This document shows, in pieces, positions 42,601 through 49,820 of a DNA stretch of 64,000 nucleotides. Position 1 is the first letter of the stretch. Each line of letters opens with the position of its first letter. The stretch lies in contig NW_024704742.1 of assembly GCF_018977255.1 (NCBI RefSeq), positions 8,868,001-8,932,000 of the forward strand, given 5' to 3'. The notes beneath the pieces are model-generated. The model saw only the letters and a list, made by a program, of their open reading frames with translations, was not told the origin of the DNA and searched no databases. The position numbers and the translations under genes were made by a program. Source of the DNA: Callorhinchus milii. Taxonomy: Eukaryota.

Positions 42601-45600
42601 GAGGCTGGTGCCAGTCAAGCGGAGGCACTGGGTGGTGGATTGGGGAGTGAGCAGGTCGGAAAGGAAGGGAGGTGCCAGGGAGTGAATGGGCTTGAACACG
42701 AAAAGAGACACTCTGAAGTTTTGCTGATGGATTAAATAGTCTGTTTTGCAGTAAATAAAATATTTTGGATCGAAACTGTTGAAATAATTCACTCTATATT
42801 TACATGCAGGACCTGATTTTTTTTTAAAAAAGCAGCTGAAGTAGTAAATAATCATAAATGTATTTGACATAAACTTAAACATTGAAGAAAATAAAATGAA
42901 TCTCACTTTCTCCTTTCCTTAGCCATGCCATTGCGTCCTCAAAAGTTGCAACTACTTCTTCGTTAAGATCAGCAACATAAACTGTTCTCTGAATGATGAG
43001 GAATATAAACAAGAAAATCAATTTAGCAAAGTGAATACATTTCGCAAAAGCTTCTATTTAAAACAGACATTCAAACAAAAATAAAACGTTGAGGCCATTT
43101 GTCTTAGATCGGACAGTGCAAGTAAAACATAATATAATAATAATAATCCTTGCATTTGATATAGCGCTTTTCACGTCAGGAGGACGTCCCAAAGCGCTTC
43201 ACAGAATATACTGTAAAGTGAATTGACTGTATATTTGTGGGCGAACGCGGCAGCCAATTGCGCACAGCAATGTCCCACAAACAGTCGTAGATTGAAAGTG
43301 ACCAATTTATTATTGCTTTTGGTTTTGGAGGGATTATTATTAGGCTCTGTGTGGAGTAAGGAAACTTGCCCAAGGTTTTGCCCTCTGCCTGGAATTGAAC
43401 TCAGGTCTCTCGCTTGCAAAGCGAATGCTCTAACCACTGAGCTACAGGACTCCACATAGTGAGTTCTAAGGACCAATAAAGAACTGTTGTGTTTTCTAAA
43501 AAGTGGATCTCGAGTCTCTGTTAAATTCGAGGGAGAGAGAGACACACACAAACAGGTTACTGCAGAAGTCAGTTATCTGGTAGTGCAAAGGGGGCAGGTG
43601 TAGGTTTTGGAGGAGAAAACAACTGTAGATTGTGAGGGGCACGGAGAGCTGTACAGGGTGTGAATGTGGGAAGGGGTGGGGCGTTACCTTTAAGAGATAA
43701 GCCTCGCGGACAGAGTGGGTGATGGGACAGATGACCATCGATGATTACTCAGGCTGGAGCAGGGGGAGGCAGTGGAAGAGAGAGGTGAGGAAGGCTGAAA
43801 GAGAGAAGAACTGAATGCAAGTAGTGAATACTTACCTGAATATCTTCTCTAATTTCTAAGGGTTTTCCTTTCTGCTTAACCAGTAAATCAGTCACATTCT
43901 CGTTATAAATCTCCATATAAGAAACACGCAGCAGAAATTCTCTGTTTGGCACCTGCAGGGTTTTTGGAACAAGAACAAGTAAGTATCTGTGATAAAACTA
44001 GCAAAACTAAGTTACTTAGTACAAGTTTATCAAGTAAGTTAACAAAAAAAAGATAAATGGGTTCAGCAAAAAAATATATCACGATAGGACTGATGAACAC
44101 AATTCGCTAGGCAGAGCAGTTAATATAATACCAAGAGGGCGAGGGGCACAGTGTAGATGGGAAGGTCTGGCGGGGGGAGGGAGGGGTCTGGCGGAGGGGG
44201 TGCGGGTCTGGCGGCGGGGTGGGGGAAGGGTCTGGCGGGGGGGCTTTGACAAAATGGCAGCCCTGTGCACCAGCTCTGCAAGATGGAGGGAGAAACCGGG
44301 AAGGTGTATACTGTCGGATCCTGTGGTTGAATGCCAGGGCATGAAAACATGAAACATTACTTACGCCCTCAATAACTTTAAATAGCTTGTGAACGGTCAG
44401 TGGAATAATTCCAGGAGATAGTTTACTTCCCATCATTGTGTAAGTTTTTCCAGAAGACGTTTGTCCATAAGCGAATATAGTACCTGACAAAAAACAAACT
44501 TTATTTTTTAAAAAATCAAAGGTGTATAAAGTTATATTGACTCAACTACACCTAAAATCACTGTCCAGCAGTTTTAATTTTGGATCTTGACTGGTGAGTA
44601 AAAAAAATTACTGCAGCACATCTTACATTATGAAAAATTCAGCATAAAAATATTTTTGGTCTAACAATGGCCTGGAGCATTGGATTCCAGGCTATTTGAG
44701 CAAATTAGGTAAAATACAAAAAAAGGATGCTTACTCAAGGATTTGATTTTCTAAACATGTAAAATCGCTCAACACAACAACTTGTATTTACGTAATGACC
44801 TTCATGTAGAAATAATGTGTCAGAGCACTTTACAATAGCAGAGTGGGCCTCAAGCAGCTGGGAGGAGCAGAAGAGGTGACCAAATGCACAGTCAAATACA
44901 TTGGTCAAAGCCAATGTTTGATAGAACCGGAGGGCTCGAAGGAGGGAGTTCCAGAGAAAACTTATGTACTAAAGATGACCAGGATTCTTTAGAAATGACA
45001 TCCAGTTTGTGTAACATTTAGCAGAAATTAAATCCATATGCAGAACAATATCTGTAATAAAGCACTTTCTCACCAGAGAAAGTAAATATCAGTGAATTCA
45101 ATCTTGAGAGAAAACAGTTCACAGGGGACCTCATAAAGGTGGATAATATTTTAAGAATTGGATCTTCTGCCTTGGTTCTCTGTTTCTGCTTGCATGTCAG
45201 CTTGGTTCAATTGGTAGCACTCTGACCTCTGAGTCAAAAGGTTGTGGGTTCAAAGCCCTACATCTGGACCATGGCCTCTCCGTGTTGAGGCTGATACTCC
45301 AGAGCAGCACTAAGGATTGGGGTGGTTGGGGGGTGCTGCATTGTTGAAGGTGATGCCCTTTGGGTAAGATATGAAACTAAGGTCCTGCTGCCTGTTCAAG
45401 TGGACGTTAAAGATTCCATGGTACTAGTCAAAAAGAATATTGATCTGGGTTTACTTATTCAATCCCAATTATAATTCTACACACCTCAATGAGGTGCTCT
45501 CTAAGTAGTCTTCTACCAAGCCAAACTGCCTAACACTTTCTGGAATTAGTTGAGCAGGATTCATTCCTCCGTGGAGTCTGCATTCCCTGCTGGACGAGAG

Positions 45601-48446
45601 GAAGTTCCATGTACCGAGGCATATATTCATGTGTGGAATTCTCAGTCTAGTTTGGATGCACTTAAGCAGGGTGATTGATGGGTGTCCAGCTGAACAAAAC
45701 AAGTGCAGGAAGTGATATTTGCAGTGACCCAGTGGTTCAGATGTCCGACATTTATTTCTTTATAATTTTTTTTGCGTAATAATGGGGTTATCTTATACAA
45801 TAACGTGACAACTAATGTGAGTTTAATACTACTATTCGAACATAAATTTATTGATACTTAAAATAAAAAACACTCACCATTGTAGCCTTGGACAGTGGAA
45901 AGGACAAGAGAGTGTGCGACTTCATCATATACAGTTTGTGTTGACTCTCCAGCATGGAAGACTCGGTCTAGAAGGAACCACAATTCAGAAACGTGGAAAC
46001 TATTAGTAGTTAAACTAACTTTAAAAAATCCTTATTCCTTGAAATGTATGATCTTATGATCATTAATCACTGAATTTAGTTATGGACGAATAAAGGTAAG
46101 TCAACTATATGGAACACAGTAAACATCACACAAGTCGTATCAGTTGGGACCATACAGTTCATTTAATATGATTTATGCAAAGTATGAGTTATGTCAAACA
46201 TGCATAAGTCATATCACATATGACTTGTATAAAGTTATGTATAAGTCGGATTTGATATGACTTACACATAAATAAACAAGTACTGAATTGGCTGGTGACA
46301 TTAAGGCAATGTTTCAAAATGGAAATTTTCAGACCGATCATTTTCCAGTACAACCATTTTCATGTACTCTTTCACCTGTTTTATTATCTCTAAATGTTCT
46401 ATTTGAATGTTCCTGCTGTCTTCCCTGATTTTATTGTATTTTTCTTGCAGTGGGAAATGATACAAATGTGTGAATTATGTAAGAGTTGAAGGGACATGTT
46501 AAGAGTCCACTTAATTGTCTCAGTTATAAAAAGAGATATGTGCAGCCTTATACTTTACACAGCCGTTAGTTGGAGGACACCTGAAAAAAGCGAGTGAGTA
46601 CAACACTGCTCTTATAGCCACAAGGCTGTGCTCCAGTCATGACATGAATGGGCAGAATTCCCATTCATAATACAGAGATGGGTCCCCTTTGCTCTACACA
46701 AGATCAGGCATCTCCTGCGCCCTCGCTCACCGCTTGATCAGGTGATGCTTTTTCCTCTCTCAGCTCCACCGTCCCAGTGATGATGTTGTCGTTACTCTCT
46801 TGGGAGTAACAGCAAAAAACTCATTTGGTGCTTTGTACCAGTGAGCTGCGAAGACCTACACAAGGCCATTTTGCATTTCACCCAAGCATCATGCTCTGAT
46901 GTTCAGATCAACAGATCAGATCAGAAGTAGTGAAATGAGATAAAGGTGAAGCGAAAGGAGAATAATAAATGGATGTTGGAGGTACAAATCAATACGAAAG
47001 TGTGCTGATGTGGGTGAAAATATTTTTGTGTAACATGAAAAGAAATCATGATGGAGAAAGGAATAGGAGGGTATAAGGAATAGGTGGAGACTCATGTGCA
47101 GTGAAACATCAGAATGGACTAGTTGGGCTGAATGGCCTATTTCCGTGCTATAGTCTTTGTGAGAGTGACTTTGTAAAGTTACAAGTGATCCTCGTCGCTT
47201 AACTAACCTGTTCATACAAATGCATTCTCATATCTCACAAACGGTTCAGATGCTCCAACTGAACCACACAAAGTTGTTATTGAAAGCTCCATGGATTTCT
47301 TCCACGAAATAACCAAATACCCACAACAAACAAAAGAAGGTTCATCAGAAGACGCCTCCTGAGAGCTTACCAAAACTGAATGATTTGGTTCCATCAATCT
47401 GACAAAGGCTTTGTTCATCTTGTTTCCAATGAACCGCAGGAGGCTCTCCGCTCTCTCTAACACACACAAAAGAGGAATGCAATCGGTTTCTGAAAACTGG
47501 GGAAGGGTGGATCGGTGGGCGGGGGGGGGGGGGGGCGGGGGGGGTCCGGTGGGTGTGGGGGGGGGCCGGTGGTGGGTGTGGGGGGGGGTCCGGTGGTGGG
47601 TGTGTGGGGGGGGGTCCGGTGGGTGTGGGGGGGGGGTCCGGTGGGTGTGGGGGGTCCGGTGGGTGTGGGGGGGTCAGTGTGTGGGGGGGGGTCAGTGTGT
47701 GGGGGGGGTCAGTGTGTGGGGGGGTCAGTGTGTGGGGGGGGGTCAGTGTGTGGGGGGGGTTCAGTGTGTGGGGGGGGGTCAGTGTGTGGGGGGGGGTCAG
47801 TGTGTGGGGGGGTCAGTGTGTGGGGGGGGGGTCAGTGTGTGGGTGGGGGTCAGTGTGTGGGGGGGGTCAGTGTGTGGGGGGGGTCAGTGTGTGTGTGGGG
47901 GGGTCAGTGGTGTGTGTGGGGGGGTCAGTGTGTGGGGGGGTCAGTGTGTGGGGGGGGTCAGTGTGTGGGGGGGGGTCAGTGTGTGTGGGGGGGTCAGTGT
48001 GTGTGGGGGGGTCGGTGTGTGTGGGGGGGTCAGGAACTTCAGGATGGAGTTCCAGAAGGTGAGGGGGGGAGCGAGGTGGGGGTGTGGAGCCGACCGGAGC
48101 CCACTGAGCGGAGGGAGGGAGCGGGCAGGATGGCGGGGGTTAGGTGGTCGGAGAGGTGAGGGGGAGAGGTGAGGGGCGGGGGGGAGGGGAGGGGGGACAG
48201 CAAGACCGTGAAGGGTTTGTAGATGGGGCCCAGGATGGGGTGAGGATGAGGGATGGGGTGAGGATGAGGTGAGGGATGGGGATGGGGTGAGGGATGAGGT
48301 GAGGGATGGGGATGGGGTGAGGGATGGGGTCCCGCTCTGGAGGAGGAGGAGGAGGTATTTTCAGAAACTGACCTTTGGAAGAGCGGCTTCAAACGAATGC
48401 AAACCTTCACGGCGGCGGCGGTGTCGTCTCCCGCAGCGCTCTCCAT
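351..48446 (-). CDS. CENPE: Centromere-associated protein E (kinesin-7), multi-exon, 3'-partial; 38 exons and 1969 codons within the window
   Basis: Hand-spliced exons join in frame at GT-AG sites. Kinesin motifs [22 protein letters not shown] and [15 protein letters not shown]-type neck [30 protein letters not shown] and DGKVPK; then long coiled coil. The gene continues beyond position 1. Confidence 0.96.
811..936 (-). CDS. CENPE: CENPE repeat unit 5 exon B (126 nt, [15 protein letters not shown]...KEKQK)
   Basis: ttttgcag|GCT ... AAG|gtaagt; phase 0-0. Confidence 0.92.
1627..1872 (-). CDS. CENPE: CENPE repeat unit 5 exon A (246 nt, ends ...[11 protein letters not shown])
   Basis: tatttag|GAG ... 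ATG|gtaaat; phase 0-0. Confidence 0.92.
2338..2592 (-). CDS. CENPE: CENPE repeat unit 4 exon C (255 nt)
   Basis: tctgttag|ACA ... ATG|gtatgt. Confidence 0.9.
2798..2923 (-). CDS. CENPE: CENPE repeat unit 4 exon B (126 nt)
   Basis: Same splice sites as the other copies; lies within ORF 2735..2929. Confidence 0.92.
3614..3859 (-). CDS. CENPE: CENPE repeat unit 4 exon A (246 nt)
   Basis: Same splice sites; overlaps ORF 3605..3787. Confidence 0.92.
4325..4579 (-). CDS. CENPE: CENPE repeat unit 3 exon C (255 nt)
   Basis: AG/GT boundaries, open frame. Confidence 0.9.
4846..4971 (-). CDS. CENPE: CENPE repeat unit 3 exon B (126 nt)
   Basis: AG/GT boundaries; lies within ORF 4783..4977. Confidence 0.92.
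5667..5912 (-). CDS. CENPE: CENPE repeat unit 3 exon A (246 nt)
   Basis: AG/GT boundaries; overlaps ORF 5658..5840. Confidence 0.92.
6368..6631 (-). CDS. CENPE: CENPE repeat unit 2 exon C (264 nt, ends ...LCEKVEL)
   Basis: AG/GT boundaries, open frame. Confidence 0.9.
6915..7040 (-). CDS. CENPE: CENPE repeat unit 2 exon B (126 nt)
   Basis: AG/GT boundaries; lies within ORF 6786..7109. Confidence 0.92.
7717..7962 (-). CDS. CENPE: CENPE repeat unit 2 exon A (246 nt)
   Basis: AG/GT boundaries; overlaps ORF 7708..7890. Confidence 0.92.
8421..8687 (-). CDS. CENPE: CENPE repeat unit 1 exon C (267 nt, [10 protein letters not shown]...LCEKVEM)
   Basis: AG/GT boundaries, open frame. Confidence 0.9.
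8952..9077 (-). CDS. CENPE: CENPE repeat unit 1 exon B (126 nt)
   Basis: AG/GT boundaries; lies within ORF 8880..9146. Confidence 0.92.
9765..10010 (-). CDS. CENPE: CENPE repeat unit 1 exon A (246 nt, [10 protein letters not shown]...QESIEM)
   Basis: AG/GT boundaries; in phase with exon 23. Confidence 0.92.
10451..10750 (-). CDS. CENPE: CENPE exon 23 (300 nt, [18 protein letters not shown]...NDKQ)
   Basis: tttag|ATG ... CAG|gttggt; coiled-coil composition. Confidence 0.92.
10962..11497. mobile_element. Non-autonomous Tc1/mariner-pogo (Tigger-like) DNA element
   Basis: Imperfect ~20-bp TIRs cagtacaactcgcacaagtc / gacttatgcaatttttactg, each flanked by TA. Confidence 0.75.
11760..12070 (-). 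mobile_element. tRNA-derived SINE with L2-like tail
   Basis: Same head and tail as the copies at 43135 and 55667. Confidence 0.85.
12110..12660 (+). repeat. Unclassified interspersed repeat (related copies at ~18100-18340 and ~36450-36930)
   Basis: Collinear similarity by eye, e.g. tcctgcttaccta, tagggtttcggcttg, gagtggga..ccctgccccc, agttcagctccaag. Confidence 0.7.
12770..13500 (-). mobile_element. Degenerate L2-like LINE 3' fragments
   Basis: Translation [24 protein letters not shown] resembles the L2 ORF2 C-terminus. Confidence 0.6.
14705..14859 (-). CDS. CENPE: CENPE exon 22 (155 nt, [18 protein letters not shown]...[12 protein letters not shown])
   Basis: tattag|AC ... CCG|gtaagg; phase 1-0. 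Confidence 0.93.
15400..15577 (-). CDS. CENPE: CENPE exon 21 (178 nt, [13 protein letters not shown]...MDGKVPK)
   Basis: tctgaag|AAT ... AAA A|gtatgt; DGKVPK motif. Confidence 0.92.
16100..16442 (-). mobile_element. tRNA-headed SINE with Deu-domain-like core (related pieces at ~13570-13760, 29630-29830, 39650-39900, 45195-45440 and in every array unit)
   Basis: Minus strand reads tggctcagttggtagcac... then gatgttaaacc...ggtggatgttaaagatcccatg, matching the recalled DeuSINE core. Confidence 0.65.
16980..17114 (-). CDS. CENPE: CENPE exon 20 (135 nt, SDGEDLKKQ...[15 protein letters not shown])
   Basis: cctcag|AGT ... ATG|gtaata; SAFLRSEN motif. Confidence 0.94.
17545..17843 (-). mobile_element. 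tRNA-derived SINE
   Basis: Same family as 43135-43455. Confidence 0.85.
19150..19465 (+). mobile_element. tRNA-derived SINE (5'-damaged, longer subfamily)
   Basis: ttccttactccacac...gcagtaagtaggaaccc...gctatatcaaatgcaag tail. Confidence 0.75.
20767..20892 (-). CDS. CENPE: CENPE exon 19 (126 nt, [26 protein letters not shown]...)
   Basis: aataatag|ACT ... CAG|gtaagt; phase 0-0, heptad pattern. Confidence 0.85.
22785..22919 (-). CDS. CENPE: CENPE exon 18 (135 nt, ...[19 protein letters not shown])
   Basis: ctttccag|AAT ... GAG|gtactt; EFExLE motif. Confidence 0.9.
23028..23099 (-). CDS. CENPE: CENPE exon 17 (72 nt, [24 protein letters not shown])
   Basis: ttttgcag|AAT ... AAG|gtattt; phase 0-0. 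Confidence 0.85.
23585..23760 (+). repeat. Unclassified interspersed repeat, with an inverted copy at ~41760-41930
   Basis: tgaatggctggagtccgct here versus agcggactccagccattca at ~41820, with collinear flanks. Confidence 0.65.
24035..24146 (-). CDS. CENPE: CENPE exon 16 (112 nt, [25 protein letters not shown]...)
   Basis: ttcttcag|T ... GAG|gttggt; phase 2-0 fits neighbours. Confidence 0.83.
24440..25160. mobile_element. Two L2-like LINE 3' fragments, tail to tail
   Basis: [14 protein letters not shown] on + strand; LHWLSVD / IEFKILVL on - strand. Confidence 0.7.
25463..25631 (-). CDS. CENPE: CENPE exon 15 (169 nt, [16 protein letters not shown]...NHCNC)
   Basis: Open phase 1-2 exon that bridges exons 14 and 16 exactly; strong donor AG|gtaagc, weak acceptor aaaaaacag. 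Confidence 0.72.
26290..26890 (+). mobile_element. CR1 LINE 3' fragment, interrupted by a SINE tail
   Basis: Sequence encoding [15 protein letters not shown] and the gatgggctgaatggcctcc 3' UTR. Confidence 0.75.
26940..27057 (-). CDS. CENPE: CENPE exon 14 (118 nt, [13 protein letters not shown]...)
   Basis: ttacag|GCA ... GAA A|gttagt; RRVTW motif. Confidence 0.95.
27175..29030 (-). mobile_element. CR1 LINE, 5'-truncated; ORF2 reverse transcriptase with frameshifts and internal deletions
   Basis: ORFs with [57 protein letters not shown] and LVRPHLEYC; typical CR1 3' UTR. Confidence 0.95.
29152..29301 (-). CDS. CENPE: CENPE exon 13 (150 nt, [12 protein letters not shown]...[11 protein letters not shown]...ELR)
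   Basis: ctctag|GTC ... AGG|gtaagc. Confidence 0.95.
30193..30590. mobile_element. Inverted pair of SINE 3' halves
   Basis: Tail on - strand at ~30193-30357 and on + strand at ~30435-30590. Confidence 0.8.
32596..32715 (-). CDS. CENPE: CENPE exon 12 (120 nt, [17 protein letters not shown]...[11 protein letters not shown])
   Basis: Helix 6, neck linker and neck coil; AG/GT boundaries. Confidence 0.97.
33243..35075 (-). mobile_element. Degraded CR1 LINE pieces (3' end, RT and endonuclease fragments)
   Basis: KANRMLAFI and [22 protein letters not shown] endonuclease motif near 34915-34940. Confidence 0.85.
35226..35355 (-). CDS. CENPE: CENPE exon 11 (130 nt, [24 protein letters not shown]...STLQ)
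   Basis: Kinesin L12/helix 5 motif; AG/GT boundaries. Confidence 0.97.
35493..35580 (-). CDS. CENPE: CENPE exon 10 (88 nt, [26 protein letters not shown])
   Basis: Kinesin helix 4; AG/GT boundaries. Confidence 0.97.
35905..36211 (+). mobile_element. tRNA-derived SINE
   Basis: gtagctcagtggttagagc A-box, ggttcaattt B-box, family tail. Confidence 0.85.
37682..37733 (-). CDS. CENPE: CENPE exon 9 (52 nt, [17 protein letters not shown]; switch II)
   Basis: DLAGSE; AG/GT boundaries. Confidence 0.97.
37830..38420 (+). mobile_element. L2-like LINE ORF2 3' fragment
   Basis: [10 protein letters not shown]...RLDYANSLL...IQNSAARVL. Confidence 0.85.
38690..39230 (+). mobile_element. CR1 3' fragment nested in a TIR-family DNA element (~38480-39330)
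   Basis: YKTLIRP...KEKLFPL and CR1 3' UTR; the flanks on both sides match the contiguous sequence at 50080-50407. Confidence 0.75.
39383..39457 (-). CDS. CENPE: CENPE exon 8 (75 nt, [25 protein letters not shown])
   Basis: tttcag|ATC ... TTG|gtgagt. Confidence 0.96.
40120..40975 (+). mobile_element. Degenerate L2-like RT fragment
   Basis: [19 protein letters not shown]...NY*PISNLPF. Confidence 0.75.
41137..41204 (-). CDS. CENPE: CENPE exon 7 (68 nt, [22 protein letters not shown]; switch I)
   Basis: NxxSSRSH; AG/GT boundaries. Confidence 0.97.
42352..42720 (-). mobile_element. L2-like LINE 3' end
   Basis: [14 protein letters not shown]...[10 protein letters not shown]. Confidence 0.8.
42907..42988 (-). 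CDS. CENPE: CENPE exon 6 (82 nt, [13 protein letters not shown]...WLRKGE)
   Basis: AG/GT boundaries; phase 0-1. Confidence 0.97.
43135..43455 (-). mobile_element. Young full-length tRNA-derived SINE
   Basis: Minus-strand head gtggagtcctgtagctcagtggttagagc...ttgcaag...gagttcaattcc and (TTA)n tail; nearly identical to 55667-56022. Confidence 0.9.
43836..43952 (-). CDS. CENPE: CENPE exon 5 (117 nt, [18 protein letters not shown]...IREDIQ)
   Basis: [12 protein letters not shown] boundaries. Confidence 0.97.
44365..44483 (-). CDS. CENPE: CENPE exon 4 (119 nt, [19 protein letters not shown]-loop)
   Basis: Walker [13 protein letters not shown] boundaries. Confidence 0.98.
45878..45967 (-). CDS. 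CENPE: CENPE exon 3 (90 nt, [14 protein letters not shown]...VQGYN)
   Basis: FDRVF and GYNG motifs formed across the junctions. Confidence 0.97.
46117..46430 (+). mobile_element. Left end of the TA-flanked TIR element family (another left end at ~54870-55155)
   Basis: cagtaaacatcacacaagtcgtatcagttgggacc matches 10962; ~150 bp shared with 55005-55155. Confidence 0.7.
47371..47456 (-). CDS. CENPE: CENPE exon 2 (86 nt, [28 protein letters not shown])
   Basis: gtgttag|A ... TTT G|gtaagc; phase 2-1. Confidence 0.95.
47516..48030 (+). repeat. G-rich minisatellite (GnTCCGGTGGGTGT grading into GnTCAGTGTGT)
   Basis: Tandem units directly visible in intron 1. Confidence 0.95.
48373..48446 (-). CDS. 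CENPE: CENPE exon 1 coding part (74 nt, [24 protein letters not shown])
   Basis: gaggATGG Kozak context, VxVCIRxxP first kinesin strand, AG|gtcagt donor, CpG-rich. Confidence 0.95.
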
Positions 48447-48489
48447 CCTCAGCCTCGCGCCGCTCCGCCGCTTCAGATCACCAACCGCC

Positions 48490-48600
48490 GCGACCCGTTT
48501 AAATCTCGCTCCGCTCCACTCTGATTGGTTGCCGCAGACCGGAAGCCAAAGGGGGAGGCGGGACATGCACTGCCGGAAACAAAGCGGATTGACCAATCAG
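48490..48600 (-). promoter_or_regulatory. CENPE core promoter: CHR-like TTTAAA, two CCAAT boxes, two ETS cores and a GC box
   Basis: TTTAAA 48498-48503; ATTGG 48524-48528; CCGGAAG 48539-48545; GGGAGGCGGG ~48553-48562; CCGGAAA 48573-48579; CCAAT 48593-48597. Confidence 0.7.
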
Positions 48601-48647
48601 TGAGCAGTTCATCCTCATTCCAATCATTAAACGTTAGTCAAACATTG

Positions 48648-49265
48648 GGAGGTCACACATGGGGGGTCACACATGGGGTCAATCATGGGGGGTCACACAT
48701 GGGGTCAATCATGGGGGGTCACACATGGGGTCAATCATGGGGGGTCACACATGGGGGGGTCAAATGTAGGGGTAGTCAAACATGGGGCGTCAAACATGGT
48801 GGTAGTCAAACATGGGATCAAACATGGGTGGGGGGGTGTCAAACATGGGTGGGGGGGTGTCAAACATGGGTGGGGGGGTGTCAAACATGGGGGGGGTGTC
48901 AAACATGGGGGGGGTGTCAAACATGGGGGGGTGTCAAACATGGGGGGGGGGTGTCAAACATGGGGGGTGTCAAACATGGGGGGGGTGTCAAACATGGGGG
49001 GGGTGTCAAACATGGGGGGTGTCAAACATGGGGGGGGTGTCAAACATGGGGGGTGTCAAACATGGGGGTGTCAAACATGGGGGGGGGGGTGTCAAACATG
49101 GGGGGGTGTCAAACATGGGGGGGGGGTGTCAAACATGGGGGTGTCAAACATGGGGGGGGGTGTCAAACATGGGGGGGGTGTCAAACATGGGGGTGTCAAA
49201 CATGGGGGGGGGTGTCAAACATGGGGGGGGGTGTCAAACATGGGATCAAACATGGGTGGGGGGTG
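48648..49265 (+). repeat. G-rich minisatellite (GnTCACACAT / GnTCAATCAT grading into GnTGTCAAACAT)
   Basis: Tandem units directly visible. Confidence 0.95.
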
Positions 49266-49579
49266 GAAGATGTTCAGTGAATTCTTGATTTGGAAAATTG
49301 GGCAAAAAAATAAATAAGCTGTCAATAATCTCCAATCACATCTTCCAGACTTGAGTTGAATTGACATTTGTTAGATTAGGGTATTAAGGGATATGGGAGG
49401 ACTGTCAAGGCTTTGGACCTGAGCTGGACCTGGGAATCAGGAGGGGGTGGAGGCAGGGAGGGTGGGAATAGGAGCTCGATTGAATTAGCGGTCGAAAAGG
49501 CCATCTTGACATGGGCCTTGAAGGAGGCATGGGAGGGAGCGAGGCATAGGGAATGGAGTTCCAAGTGGGGTGGCAGAGA

Positions 49580-49820
49580 GTCCCACAAACAGTCGTGCAT
49601 TGAGTAACCAAATTATTATTTATTTACTTATTTTTGGAGGGATTATTATCCCTGGAAAAGAGATCCGCCAATCAACTAACAACCGGGTTCCTACTTACTG
49701 GTGGGTAAACAGAGGCGTGTGGAGTAAGGAAACTTGCCCAACATTTCACCCTGCCTGGAAATCGAACCCAGGTCTTTCTTGTTGGTGAGGCAAGTGCTCT
49801 AACCAATACCCCACAGGACT
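49580..49820 (-). mobile_element. tRNA-derived SINE 5' part, joined to an L2-like fragment (~49440-49580)
   Basis: gtgtggagtaaggaaacttgccc family core. Confidence 0.75.

Noticed and set aside
43380..43455. tRNA gene (TGC anticodon-like)
   Set aside because: It is the head of a SINE repeated more than ten times in the window and runs directly into SINE body.
47411..49317. Long Gly/Val/Cys/Trp-rich ORFs of 158-253 aa
   Set aside because: Translations of stop-free minisatellites that are open in several frames.
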